Shown piece after piece: positions 8,125 to 18,175 of a stretch of DNA of 46,211 nt. The stretch lies in contig DAOWIS010000007.1 in NCBI GenBank assembly GCA_030640805.1, forward strand, positions 1 through 46,211, given 5' to 3'. The notes beneath the pieces were generated by a model. That model was not told where the DNA came from, made no database searches, and saw only the letters and a program-made list of their open reading frames with translations. The DNA is from a bacterium. GTDB taxonomy: Bacteria > Patescibacteriota > Minisyncoccia > Minisyncoccales > DAOWIS01. Made by a program: the position numbers and the translations under genes. Numbering within the stretch: the stretch's first letter is position 1; the number at the start of each line of letters is the position of its first letter.

Positions 8125-9006
8125 ATGAATTTCATTAGATATTCCAAAGTTTATTACATCTTTTCAGGGCTGTTGATGATAGCCAGCATCCTGGCTCTTT
8201 CTCTTTGGGGACTTAATTTGGGAATTGATTTTTTGGGAGGAAGCTTGTTGGAAGTAGAATACAAAGAAGAAAGACCAGCCAATCAACTAATTCAAGAAAA
8301 ATTAGAATTTTTAGATTTAGGAGAAATCACTATCCAACCGGTCGGAGAAAAGGGGATAATTTTAAGATTAAAGGATATAGAGGAAAAAACCCATCAAGAA
8401 GTTTTAGCCGAGCTGGAAAACATAGGTCCCTTAGAAGAAAAAAGATTTGAATCTATTGGTCCTGTTATTGGCAGAGAGCTTCAGACCAAAACTATCAGAG
8501 CTATTATTTTGGTTTTTTTGGCTATAATTCTTTATATTGCCTGGGCCTTTAGAAAAATTTCTAGTCCTTTATCATCCTGGAAATATGGAATAGCGGCCTT
8601 AGTGGCTCTATTTCACGATGTCCTTATTACTTGCGGTATATTTGCAGTTCTGGGAAGATTTTTTGGGATAGAAATGGGAATTCCCTTCGTTGCTGCCCTT
8701 TTGACTATTTTAGGATATTCAGTAAATGATAGTATTGTAGTTTTTGATAGAGTTAGAGAAAATCTTATTAAATCTTTGGGAAAAAGTTTTGAAGAAGTAG
8801 TTAATAAAAGTCTAAATCAAACCCTAATTCGTTCTTTAAGTACTTCTTTTACTACTTTTTTAATCCTTATAATTGTCTATTTTTTAGGGGGAGAGACAAT
8901 AAGATATTTCGTTTTAACCCTTATTATAGGAATTATTTCCGGAACCTATTCCTCAATTTTTATTGCTTCGCCAATTCTGGTAACCTGGCTGAAACGAAAG
9001 GGTTGA
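8125..9006 (+). CDS. secF: protein translocase subunit SecF
   Basis: LNLGIDFLGG, ALFHDV, LTILGYSVNDSIVVFDRVREN. Confidence 0.97.
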   Translation: MNFIRYSKVYYIFSGLLMIASILALSLWGLNLGIDFLGGSLLEVEYKEERPANQLIQEKLEFLDLGEITIQPVGEKGIILRLKDIEEKTHQEVLAELENIGPLEEKRFESIGPVIGRELQTKTIRAIILVFLAIILYIAWAFRKISSPLSSWKYGIAALVALFHDVLITCGIFAVLGRFFGIEMGIPFVAALLTILGYSVNDSIVVFDRVRENLIKSLGKSFEEVVNKSLNQTLIRSLSTSFTTFLILIIVYFLGGETIRYFVLTLIIGIISGTYSSIFIASPILVTWLKRKG

Positions 9007-9044
9007 CATCGTTATTTAAGTGTTATATTATAGGTTAAGGTCGA
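9003..9044 (+). promoter_or_regulatory. sigma70 promoter with AAGGTCGA at about +1
   Basis: TTGACA 9003-9008 (contains secF stop), 17 bp, TATTAT 9026-9031, AAGGTCGA 9037-9044. Confidence 0.7.
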
Positions 9045-9118
9045 CTAAAATCTTATTGGAATTTATGTTTTCTTTTTATCTTTATTGATAAAATAGATAT
9101 AACTTAATTCCTCAAAAA

Positions 9119-10147
9119 ATGAAAAAAAATATTCCCAAATTTGATTACCGAAAGATTAATGAAAAGATTTTGGAAGATTTATCTCCTAAACAAAGAGAGG
9201 TCTTAAAGAGAAGATCTGGGATTTTAACTGGCCAAAAAGAAACATTAGAGGCAATTGGTCAAAAATTTGGCTTAACTCGGGAAAGAGTTCGCCAAATCGA
9301 AGAATATTCTTTTAATTCCTTAAGGAAGAGTAAAAAGATTTCTCTTTTAGATAAGTTAGGAGAGAAGATTTTTAGTTATTTTAATTTTTATGGAAAAGCC
9401 AGAAGAGAGGAGGATTTTCTCTCTGATTTTGGTCAGGAGAATAAACCTTATTTAACTTTGATTCTAAACCTTCACCCCAAATTTACTTATTTTCCCTACC
9501 ATCCTAAGTTATACCCTTTTTGGGTTTCCGAGAGAAAAGTTTTTCCAAAAGTAGAGAAATTTAACGATTTTTTAGTAAGAAGAATGAATAAGGTTTCCCA
9601 ACCTTTATCAGGGAAGGATCTAAAAGATGTCCATCAGAAGGAGGCCCCGAAAGTGTTAAAAGAGAAAATTTCTGAGAACACCTTTTTTTCTTATATTTCT
9701 ATTTCCCGAGAAATTTTAAAAGGGCCCTTGGGAAAATTTGGTCTAACCCATTGGCCGGAGATAAATCCTCGAGGAGTAAAAGACGAGGCCTATTTAGTCT
9801 TAAAAAAAGAAGGAACTTCGCTTCATTTTAGAGATATTACCAAAAAGATTTCCGAGATTCGAGAAAAAGAAACCAATCCCCAAACCGTTCATAATGAATT
9901 GATAAAAGATCCAAAATTTGTTTTAATAGGCAGAGGAATTTACGGAATTTCCGAATGGGGATTCAGGCCGGGAACAGTGAGAGATGTTATAAGAGATACC
10001 TTAAAAGAAAAACAACCCCTTAGCGAGAAAGAGATTATCCAGGAGGTTCTAAAGCAAAGATTAGTTAAAGAGAATACTATTTCATTGAATTTAAAAGATA
10101 AAAACTTTTTTTCCAGAAACAACAAAGGGAAATACATCTTGGCTTAA
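9119..10147 (+). CDS. sigma70 region-4-like HTH plus HARE-HTH (RNAP delta-like) protein
   Basis: LSPKQREVL.RR.G....ETLEAIG...GLTRERVRQIE; C-terminal LHF..I...I...QTVHNELIKD..FVLIGRGIYG..EWG. Confidence 0.75.
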   Translation: MKKNIPKFDYRKINEKILEDLSPKQREVLKRRSGILTGQKETLEAIGQKFGLTRERVRQIEEYSFNSLRKSKKISLLDKLGEKIFSYFNFYGKARREEDFLSDFGQENKPYLTLILNLHPKFTYFPYHPKLYPFWVSERKVFPKVEKFNDFLVRRMNKVSQPLSGKDLKDVHQKEAPKVLKEKISENTFFSYISISREILKGPLGKFGLTHWPEINPRGVKDEAYLVLKKEGTSLHFRDITKKISEIREKETNPQTVHNELIKDPKFVLIGRGIYGISEWGFRPGTVRDVIRDTLKEKQPLSEKEIIQEVLKQRLVKENTISLNLKDKNFFSRNNKGKYILA

Positions 10148-10150
10148 CTT

Positions 10151-11449
10151 ATGATTGATATATTGGAGATTTTTAATAATGAAGCCTTCTCCATTTTTTT
10201 TCTAAATTTTAAGAATTTCTTTATTAATTGGTGGTGGACTTTTACACCGGTCATCCTTTTTTTTATTTTGAATGAACTCTATCTTTATTGGAAACAAGAA
10301 AAATGGTGGCAGGGAATAAAATGGGTTACTCTAGAGGCTAAAATTCCCGAAGAGGTAGAAAAAACTCCCAAAGCCATGGAACAAGTTATCCATGGCTTTC
10401 ATGGTATTCATGACCCGCCTAATTTAAAAGAGAGATACATAGATGGGAAAGCTTTGTTTCATCTAAGTCTGGAAATAGTAGGGATAGGAGGCGATATTCA
10501 TTTTATTATTCGGGCGCCTGAACGTCACCGGAATTTAGTAGAGTCAAATATTTATGCTCAATACCCTGATGCTGAAATTAGAGAGGTGGATGACTATACT
10601 TTAAATGTTCCTCCTGATATTCCTAATAAAGATTATGAGCTTTGGGGAGCAGATTTTACTCTCACTAAGCCAGACCCTTATCCTATCCGCACTTATCCAT
10701 CTTTTGAAAGCGAAGCAACAAAGGAGGAAAAAAGAATTGATCCCATTTCTTCTCTTTGCGAATTAATGAGTTCTTTAAAAGAAGGAGAGCAATTGTGGGT
10801 TCAGATTTTGATTCGACCAATCATCGAAGAGAGAAAATGGGTGGAAGAGGGCCAAAAATTAGTAAATAAAATTTTAGGCAGGAAACTACCAAAGAAAGGC
10901 GGACTTTTATCCGGACCTCATGAATATGTAAGAGAAGGAACCAGAGTAGTAGTAATGGGAGAGCCGCCAATGTGGGATATAGGAGAAGGGGCACCAGGAG
11001 AGGAGCCCTTAATGTGGAAACTTACTCCCGGCGAAACAGAAGTAATTAAAGCCATTGAGGCCAATATTTCTAAGGTAGGATGCGAGACCAATCTGCGATT
11101 TATCTATTTAGCCAAATCAGATATTTTTTATAAACCAAATGCTTCCGCTGTATTTGGGGTTTTTAGACAATTTCACACTTTAAACCTTAATGGATTCAGA
11201 CCAGACAAGAAATCAATGACAAAGATTACTTATTTTTTGGTTAATAGGAGGCTTTATCTTAGAAAAAGAAAATTATTCCGTTATTATAAAGGACGAGATT
11301 TTCCTGCTCATCGTCTGCCTTACGTATTTAATACTGAAGAACTGGCCACGGTTTATCATTTTCCAGGGAGAATCGCTGTCCCGGCTGCGCCGGTTTCTCG
11401 AGTAGAAGCCAGAAAAGGCGCCCCACCACCAACCTTGCCTACAGAATAA
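10151..11449 (+). CDS. membrane protein homologous to the N-terminal half of the fused ATPase at 18588
   Basis: N-terminal TM; shared motifs YPIRTY/LPIKTY, EGE...VQ, NTEELATVYHFP/NSQEIASFWHFP, PPTLP/PSNLP. Confidence 0.75.
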   Translation: MIDILEIFNNEAFSIFFLNFKNFFINWWWTFTPVILFFILNELYLYWKQEKWWQGIKWVTLEAKIPEEVEKTPKAMEQVIHGFHGIHDPPNLKERYIDGKALFHLSLEIVGIGGDIHFIIRAPERHRNLVESNIYAQYPDAEIREVDDYTLNVPPDIPNKDYELWGADFTLTKPDPYPIRTYPSFESEATKEEKRIDPISSLCELMSSLKEGEQLWVQILIRPIIEERKWVEEGQKLVNKILGRKLPKKGGLLSGPHEYVREGTRVVVMGEPPMWDIGEGAPGEEPLMWKLTPGETEVIKAIEANISKVGCETNLRFIYLAKSDIFYKPNASAVFGVFRQFHTLNLNGFRPDKKSMTKITYFLVNRRLYLRKRKLFRYYKGRDFPAHRLPYVFNTEELATVYHFPGRIAVPAAPVSRVEARKGAPPPTLPTE

Positions 11450-11450
11450 T

Positions 11451-13100
11451 ATGAACATCGTTTATCTCGCTGAGACGAGTTTTCGAAATAAAAGGACAAA
11501 ATTTGGAATTAAGATAGATGACCGTCGACGTCATATTTATTTAGTAGGAAAAACTGGCATGGGGAAAACCGTAATGTTAGAAAATATGGCCATTCAGGAT
11601 ATTCAAGACGGAAAAGGAGTGGCAGTAGTTGATCCCCATGGAGAGTTTGCCGAAAGGATGCTTGATTTTGTTCCAAGAGAAAGAATGAATGATGTAATCT
11701 ATTTCAACCCGGCTGATTTAGAGTTTCCTATTGCTTTTAATGTCATTGAGAAAGTTGATCCAGAATATCGATATTTAATTGCTTCGGGGATCGTCGGGGT
11801 TTTTAAAAAAATCTGGCCAGATGTTTGGTCTCCCAGAATGGAATATATTTTGCATAATTCGGTTTTGGCTCTCTTGGAATATCCTGGCTCAACCTTATTG
11901 GGAATAAATAGAATGTGAGCTGATAAGGATTACCGAGAAAAGGTAGTCAATAAAGTTATTGACCCCGGAGTTAAATCTTTTTGGTTAAATGAATTTGCTA
12001 AATATCCTGATAGATTTCGGGAAGAAGCAGTAGCCCCAATTCAAAATAAAGTAGGGCAGTTTATCTCCTCTCCTTTAATTCGTAATGTTATTGGTCAGAC
12101 CCATTCTACTATTGATATTAGAGAGGTAATGGATCAAGGAAAAATTTTGATTTTAAATTTATCTAAAGGGAGAATTGGAGAAGATGCCAGTCATCTCTTG
12201 GGCGCTTTGCTCATCTCTAAAATTCAGTTAGCGGCAATGTCTCGAGTAGACATTCCCGAAGAGGAGCGGCAGGATTTTTATCTTTATGTAGATGAGTTTC
12301 AAAATTTCGCTACCGAATCCTTTGTTAACATTCTCTCCGAGGCCAGAAAGTACCATTTAGATTTAATTTTAGCCCATCAATACATAACCCAGATGGAAGA
12401 GACAGTAAGAGATGCAGTATTCGGAAATATCGGAACTTTAATCTGTTTCCGAGTAGGAGCCGAGGACGCCGAATTTTTAGAGAAAGAATTTATTCCTTAT
12501 TTCTCGGCGCGTGATTTAGTTAATTTAACTAAATATAATATCTATATAAAATTAATGATTGATGGGGTATCTTCTCATCCCTTCTCGGCCTTAACTCTGC
12601 CGCCATTTCCTAAACTAAAAGAGAATTATCGAGAAAAAATTATAAGCCAATCTCGAGAACGTTATGGAACTTCCCGGAGAATAGTTGAGGAAAAAATTGC
12701 TGAGTGGACTCAGATAATAACCGAAGAACAAAAAATAACTAATGGAAAATCTGTCTACGAAGCCAATTGTTGGAAGTGTGGGAAAAAAACCTGGGTTCCT
12801 TTTAAGCCCGATGGTTTAAGACCGATCTATTGTAAAAAATGTTTAAAAGATAGAGAATCGGAGGACAGTCCTCCGGAAAAAACGGAGGACAGTCCTCCGG
12901 AGAAAAAATCTTCCTTAGAGATTTCTTTAGAGGAAGCCTTCAAAAAATATCCTCCAAGAGAAAAGAAAAAGAGAATAAGAAAGGAAGTTAATATTGGAGA
13001 TTTACGGGAAACGCTTAAAGAAACTTTGGGAGGAGATAAAAAGAAAAGAAAACCAGTAAAAAAGGGGACCCTGAAACCCGGCCAAAAAGTCAAATTTTAA
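11451..13100 (+). pseudogene. VirD4/TraD-like (HerA/FtsK clade) ATPase with C-terminal CxxC-x17-CxxC domain, interrupted by in-frame TGA at 11916-11918
   Basis: DRRRHIYLVGKTGMGKT (Walker A), LYVDEFQNF, LSEARKY; frame stays open through GINRM*ADKDYREK into the 12129 ORF. Confidence 0.85.
12859..12899. repeat. tandem pair (24-nt period) of the palindrome CGGAGGAC-A-GTCCTCCG, in frame
   Basis: encodes EDSPPEKTEDSPPEK. Confidence 0.85.
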
Positions 13101-13108
13101 ATTTTAAT

Positions 13109-13594
13109 ATGTACAACTTTAATAGTCCTACCAAAGGAAAAATGGATTTTGAGATGATGATTTCTGAGATTATTAATTTTATAAGAGAGGATCCTCTTCG
13201 GCTTTATAAATTGGTTGTCGGCACCGATAGCGAAGGAAAGAGTCGTCCTACTTTTGTAATGGCAGTGGTTGTTCACCGTAAAGGCAGGGGAGGGAGATAT
13301 TTTTGGAGCAAAGTTCAAAAAAATAAGAGTTATACTCTACGAAACCGAATTTATGAGGAAACAATGCTTTCTTTAAATTTAGCCATAAAACTTCGCCAAA
13401 AATTAGAGGAAAGATTAGAAGAAATTTATCCTTTGAATTATGAGAATTTAGAGGTTCATACCGATATCGGAGAGAACGGAGAAACCAGAGACATGATAAA
13501 AGAAATTGTCGGGATGATTAAAGGCAACGGCTTTTTAGCTAAAATTAAACCAGAATCCTACGGAGCTTCCGTTGTCGCCGACAAATACACCTAA
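13109..13594 (+). CDS. ribonuclease H-like YkuK/DUF458 family protein
   Basis: VVGTDS, VVHR.G.GG.YF, RIY.ET..S, EVH.DIG..G.T..MI.EI.GM, IKP.SYGAS.VADK. Confidence 0.88.
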   Translation: MYNFNSPTKGKMDFEMMISEIINFIREDPLRLYKLVVGTDSEGKSRPTFVMAVVVHRKGRGGRYFWSKVQKNKSYTLRNRIYEETMLSLNLAIKLRQKLEERLEEIYPLNYENLEVHTDIGENGETRDMIKEIVGMIKGNGFLAKIKPESYGASVVADKYT

Positions 13595-13596
13595 TA

Positions 13597-13638
13597 AAAT
13601 GTCAAGTATCAAGTATCAAGTATCAAGTATCAAGTATT
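13597..13638 (+). repeat. heptamer array (AAGTATC)x4 plus degenerate units
   Basis: direct reading. Confidence 0.9.
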
Positions 13639-13655
13639 AATCGTTATAATTAATT

Positions 13656-14636
13656 ATGCCAGAAATATTAGAACCAGTTTCAGAACCCAAAAAACCCGAA
13701 GCAGAAACAAAAATTGGAGAAAAGCCAAATATTTTAGAAAAATACGAAAACAAGCCGGAATTTCAGGAGTTTTTAAAATTAGGAAAAGAAGCGCCTGAGC
13801 TTTTGGAAAACAGCGCCTCTGAATTTGACGATAAATTTATCAGAAACTATTTAGACCTTTATAAAAATGATCCCGAATTAGCTAAAAATGTTTTTCAAAC
13901 AACAAAAGAAATCTGGAACAATATTAATTCAGGTAAAGAGTTATTTAAAGAGGTTTCTGGATTAACAAAAAGCAAGGAAAGATTAGATAATGGATTTGCC
14001 CGATCATTTTTGTTTGCTAACGAGTTATTAATAAAAGAATTTAGTCAATTGAATGAAGTTAAAGAGAGGGGAAAGCGATTAAAACAACTTGATGGACTTA
14101 TCCGGGGGCAAAAAGATTTACTCTTGGCAAGTAGTTTGATAAATAAATTAAATAATAATGAATTATTTTTTAAAGAAAGCGATGAAGAATTTGATGAAAA
14201 AGGCGTCTGGCGTTATTTTTTTAAAGACGAAGGTCAAAATGAAATCTCTGTAATTATTAGACCCCTTGATACAACAAGAAAAGAAGAGATTCCCAGGTAT
14301 TTGAGAGGTGAGGCCTCTATTAGATTTAAAATAAACAAAGATATAAGTATCAGATTAGATCGGGAAAATTATGACAAGAAAGGAGTGGGAAGCATTGAGA
14401 ATCCAAAATTTAATATTGCCGCTGATATTTCTTCTAAACACCTAACAGGGTTCAGAGATTTATTAACTCATATGAGGGGGCATTTACCCGAGGAGTTAAT
14501 TGATAAAGATAATTTCAAAGAAGCAGCAGGCACTTTTCAGAAACAAATGGCTCTAAAAAAAGACTTGATGAAAACCCCAGCCTCAAAAGGATATATTAAA
14601 GAAGAATTAGGCAAAAAATTCTCCTTAAAAGAATAA
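13656..14636 (+). CDS. hypothetical protein
   Basis: 326-aa ORF with TATAAT 5 nt before the ATG; no motif recognised. Confidence 0.8.
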   Translation: MPEILEPVSEPKKPEAETKIGEKPNILEKYENKPEFQEFLKLGKEAPELLENSASEFDDKFIRNYLDLYKNDPELAKNVFQTTKEIWNNINSGKELFKEVSGLTKSKERLDNGFARSFLFANELLIKEFSQLNEVKERGKRLKQLDGLIRGQKDLLLASSLINKLNNNELFFKESDEEFDEKGVWRYFFKDEGQNEISVIIRPLDTTRKEEIPRYLRGEASIRFKINKDISIRLDRENYDKKGVGSIENPKFNIAADISSKHLTGFRDLLTHMRGHLPEELIDKDNFKEAAGTFQKQMALKKDLMKTPASKGYIKEELGKKFSLKE

Positions 14637-14666
14637 ACTTTACGAAGTTGAACTTCGTAAAGTTTA
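14634..14666. repeat. perfect palindrome with 16-bp arms, core GAAGTT-G-AACTTC
   Basis: TAAACTTTACGAAGTT G AACTTCGTAAAGTTTA; relatives at 6641, 43179 and 43236. Confidence 0.9.
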
Positions 14667-14709
14667 GACCTGGGACTTACCAAAACTTCAGGTTTTTTTA
14701 TCAATGGGG

Positions 14710-14818
14710 TTGACAGATGTAAATTTATTATGTTATACTTATAGAGAAATTTAAGGATTAGTTCTTTGAAAAAAACAAATAAAACTGAAAAGTTTTAACC
14801 CTGAAAACCGAAAGGAGG
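14710..14818 (+). promoter_or_regulatory. consensus promoter plus boxA-like motif plus SD
   Basis: TTGACA 14710, TGtTATACT 14731-14739, GTTCTTTGAA 14761, GAAAGGAGG 14810. Confidence 0.75.
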
Positions 14819-14826
14819 ATAGAAAA

Positions 14827-16443
14827 ATGAGAAAAAAATGGAAAATCTTATTATTGGCCTTGGGGATTATTATCGTTGCTTTGATAATATACCAACGATA
14901 TTATGCTCCTTCCTATCATAAAGAGATAGTTCGCACTAAATTATCTTCTACCTTGCGAGAAATGGGCTTCGATCAATCTCAAATAAAGAAAATGGAAAAT
15001 CTGTTTTCGAGCAAAGATGGTAAAAAACTCTTAGAGATAGCTACAGATATCTATGCTCTTATCCCAAGCAAACCAAAAGAGCTTAAGAAAGAAAGAGACA
15101 TTACCATAAAAGAGAGCCTTGTAATCTTAGCAGACTACACCTATCTATATTCCGCCCTGCATAGAAAGGAGTTAATCCGGATAGTATTGGGTGAAAGAGT
15201 ATCGAGATGGATTCATACCTATTTTCCAGAAGAAGAACATCAAAATAGATTAGAAAGAGTTTTAGCTCAATTCACCTGCGATCCTCTTCTGCTCTATTTA
15301 ATTCTGAGCTTACAGGAGGGTATAGAAGTCATCCCACTAGAGATATCAGAGGCAAAACCAAAGAAAGGAGCAGAGAAAGAAGATGAAATGCCTATTATGC
15401 CCCCCGGAACATCTATTTTCACCCAATTCGTTTCTTTCGTGCCTTATATAGTAGATTTATCCAATTTGGTCATTGTTGATGTTTTTAGTAAGAAAGAGAT
15501 TTATTTCGTGGACTACGGTATAAACTATTACCCTTTAGCTCCTTGTCTGGTTGGTCCTTTCTCTCATAGTAACTATCTGATTGTAGATTCTACCCATCTG
15601 GAATTAGTTGGAGATTTAGACTCATTAATGCCTTCACATTGCATATACGTGCCTATAAAAGTTCGGATCTTAAATAACTCTAGCATGAGTGGAATAATTT
15701 GGAACAACATCAGTGGTTGTTATTACTGGTTTGAGCTTGTTTTTAAAGAAGATTTTAAAGAGATTGTAACAACCGAAGATATAAACATCGCTGGAAAACT
15801 GAAACTCGAAAGCTTGGAAAAGGCAGTAAAAAAGGACTCTAATTCAGCTTTTATTCTCGGCAATCTTGGGAGTGTCTATGCTGATGCCAGGGAAAATGAA
15901 AAAGCTATTGCTGTTCTGAAGAGAGCGATCCAACTCGATTCCACTTCTTCCTCATTTTCCCCATTGGCTTATTACAACTTAGCCTTAGTTATGACAAGAC
16001 AAGCAAGCCACCACGCAGTTCAACAGGATTATTATCTCGAAATAGAAAAATACCTACAAAGAGCTATTACAATAGATTCTTTATATGCTAACGCCTATAG
16101 CTTGCTTGGGAACTCTTATCTTATAGATGTAGGAAAATTTGAACCTCTTCCTCACACCGGATTTGAAGATAAGATAAATAAAGCAGTCACTGCCTTTAAT
16201 AAAGCAATTCAACTAACAGACTCATTAGACGCCTGTCCATATTTTGGATTAGCTGAAATTTACAGGGTAAGGCGTGAATTGCAAAAAGCCGAAGAGCTTA
16301 TAAAAAAGGCATTAGAGATTAGTCCTGATGAGGAACTCTACATTGAGAAACTTAAAAAGATTAAAGAGAATAAAGAAATGCTAAAGGAGCGGCTTCAAAA
16401 ATTGGAAGGAGGTCTTGACAAACCTAAAGTAATTATGGTATAA
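14827..16443 (+). CDS. membrane-anchored tetratricopeptide repeat protein
   Basis: N-terminal TM; C-terminal TPRs (LGSVY...KAI..LKRAIQLD, YFGLAEIY...AEELIKKALEISP). Confidence 0.85.
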   Translation: MRKKWKILLLALGIIIVALIIYQRYYAPSYHKEIVRTKLSSTLREMGFDQSQIKKMENLFSSKDGKKLLEIATDIYALIPSKPKELKKERDITIKESLVILADYTYLYSALHRKELIRIVLGERVSRWIHTYFPEEEHQNRLERVLAQFTCDPLLLYLILSLQEGIEVIPLEISEAKPKKGAEKEDEMPIMPPGTSIFTQFVSFVPYIVDLSNLVIVDVFSKKEIYFVDYGINYYPLAPCLVGPFSHSNYLIVDSTHLELVGDLDSLMPSHCIYVPIKVRILNNSSMSGIIWNNISGCYYWFELVFKEDFKEIVTTEDINIAGKLKLESLEKAVKKDSNSAFILGNLGSVYADARENEKAIAVLKRAIQLDSTSSSFSPLAYYNLALVMTRQASHHAVQQDYYLEIEKYLQRAITIDSLYANAYSLLGNSYLIDVGKFEPLPHTGFEDKINKAVTAFNKAIQLTDSLDACPYFGLAEIYRVRRELQKAEELIKKALEISPDEELYIEKLKKIKENKEMLKERLQKLEGGLDKPKVIMV

Positions 16444-16539
16444 TAGAGGTAGAAAGTGATGAGTTCTTTGGAGGTCAAATAAGGAATGAAAAGAAGTTAA
16501 AGAATAAACCCTTAAATCTTTTAATCTAAGAAAGGAGGA
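16414..16539 (+). promoter_or_regulatory. promoter module nearly identical to 42213-42268
   Basis: CTTGACAAAC-N10-TATGGTATAATAGAGGTAGAAA-N-TGATGAGTTCTTT, then GAAAGGAGG. Confidence 0.8.
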
Positions 16540-16544
16540 AAGCC

Positions 16545-16952
16545 ATGAAAAAGTGGTTTTCCATAGTCGGATTAGTGGGGGTAGTTATCCTGGCTTTATC
16601 TCTTTTTGTTAACCCAATTCTGGATTACAAAAAGGGAACTGAAGCGAGTGAAGTGCTGGTATATAACCAGCCATCTCCTCTGGATGAAGAGGTTTCTCCT
16701 GCTCTATTTGAGGAACTAAGAAAGCAAATAGGAATCTTTTTAGCTGAGCAAGAAGAAGCCCGGAAAAAAGGATTGCAAAAAGAAGAAGTGATCAGGGAAG
16801 AGGTTTCTCCCGGCCAATTTACAGCTGAGCAGATTAAATCGATGGAAGAGCAGATTGAGAAATTACAAAGGGAACAAAAAGAGTTCTGGGAGAGATTGAT
16901 AAGAGAGAATGAAGCCAGAAGGATAGAGATTGCAAAGTCATGGGAGCAATAA
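16545..16952 (+). CDS. hypothetical membrane-anchored coiled-coil protein
   Basis: signal/TM segment, SD; shares about 80 aa with the next gene. Confidence 0.82.
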   Translation: MKKWFSIVGLVGVVILALSLFVNPILDYKKGTEASEVLVYNQPSPLDEEVSPALFEELRKQIGIFLAEQEEARKKGLQKEEVIREEVSPGQFTAEQIKSMEEQIEKLQREQKEFWERLIRENEARRIEIAKSWEQ

Positions 16953-16995
16953 CCCAATAAAGAGTCTTGAACACTTAAAAGGTTTAAGATTCTGA

Positions 16996-17025
16996 GGGGT
17001 AGAAATAATATTTCTACCCTTTTTT
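16996..17025 (+). terminator. intrinsic terminator
   Basis: GGGTAGAAAT-AAT-ATTTCTACCC-TTTTTT. Confidence 0.75.
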
Positions 17026-17153
17026 AATTTAAGTAAGTTTATTTTTTCATTGTGGGTTATGTCGAATATGAACTTGACTTATTTTATACGGATGTGATAC
17101 AATGGAAAAACCTAAAGGTCGATAAGAAAGTAAATTTAAGAGAAAATAAAAAT

Positions 17154-17819
17154 ATGGAAGAGATGCCCTTTGAAAAACAACCAACAAAAGAGCGGAAGGA
17201 TATAAAAAATTTTTTTAGAAAGAATAAAGAAATTATTACTTTTCTTACTGTTTTAGGTATAACTATTGGAGGCTATCATTTAATGAAAAAATCAGGAGTA
17301 GAGATTGGTAGTCCATCTGAGGCAGTCTTTGGAAAAGATAAACCTCAAATGGAAGCTAAAGCTGTACCTGGGCCGGTAAAAGAAAAGATGCCACCAAAGG
17401 AAGCAAAAAAAGAAGTTTCCGAAGAAGAGATTTCTCCTGCTCCATTTGGAGAGCTAAGAAAGCAAATAGACATCTTTCTATCTGAGCAAGAAGAAGCCCG
17501 GAAAAAAGGATTATCAAGAGAAGAAGTAATCGTAGAAGAAGGCGGACAATTTACACCTGAGCAGATTAAACAGATGGAGGAACAGATAGAAAAATTACGA
17601 CAGGAAAATGAAGAAGCATGGTTAAGTATAGTGAGAGAAAATAGAGCCAGAGAAATAGAGATTGTAGAATCTAGAGAGCCAGTAGAGATAGATTTTTCGA
17701 CAATAAGTGATGAAAAGTTTGGAGATTTAATTAAGGAGAAACTTAGTCAAGAAGAGAAACAGTTACCATCTTTACCAGAAGAGCATGAGGAAAAGCTAAC
17801 TGGTGGAATTCCATTATGA
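17154..17819 (+). CDS. hypothetical membrane-anchored protein, partial paralog of 16545-16952
   Basis: promoter TTGACT 17074 / TGaTACAAT 17095-17103 places the start at ATG 17154; TM segment; shared EQEEARKKGL...GQFT.EQIK.MEEQIEKL. Confidence 0.8.
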   Translation: MEEMPFEKQPTKERKDIKNFFRKNKEIITFLTVLGITIGGYHLMKKSGVEIGSPSEAVFGKDKPQMEAKAVPGPVKEKMPPKEAKKEVSEEEISPAPFGELRKQIDIFLSEQEEARKKGLSREEVIVEEGGQFTPEQIKQMEEQIEKLRQENEEAWLSIVRENRAREIEIVESREPVEIDFSTISDEKFGDLIKEKLSQEEKQLPSLPEEHEEKLTGGIPL

Positions 17820-18094
17820 CTAATCTTGAAAAAATCAAAAATATCATCCAGGATTCTAAATTAAAGAAAGAGAAAAAAAAAGAATTTATTGAGGCCTTAA
17901 TTTTAGTTGATGATAAATATTTAAAAGAATTTGTTGATTTTCTTGGAAAAGAACCAAAATGGCTGCCTGTTTTCTATTATAATTTCAAGGCTAAGAAATC
18001 GGCTGCTATAATTAACGACCCTAAACTCTGGGATAAGATTTTTCAATTAGAAAAAGAGATGCTTGCTAAATTAGGAGAGACACTTAAGGCCTAA
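17816..18094 (+). CDS. small helical hypothetical protein
   Basis: ATGA overlap with upstream gene; 92 aa. Confidence 0.75.
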   Translation: MTNLEKIKNIIQDSKLKKEKKKEFIEALILVDDKYLKEFVDFLGKEPKWLPVFYYNFKAKKSAAIINDPKLWDKIFQLEKEMLAKLGETLKA

Positions 18095-18175
18095 TTTCAG
18101 AAGGGATTTTTAAAATTAAATTTCTATTTTTGTAAGCAAAATCATTTGCTGGATTTTGTTTATTTATAAAGATTT

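Noticed and set aside
11451-13100. Alternative genetic code (TGA=Gly/Trp) or selenocysteine suggested by the internal TGA
   Set aside because: TGA ends murB, hpf, pdaD, secF, rplM and holB at expected positions; other genes have no internal TGA; the site is not a Cys/Gly/Trp position.
16686-17664. Diversity-generating retroelement TR/VR pair
   Set aside because: Both copies are coding, differences are not confined to adenines of one copy, and there is no reverse transcriptase in the window.
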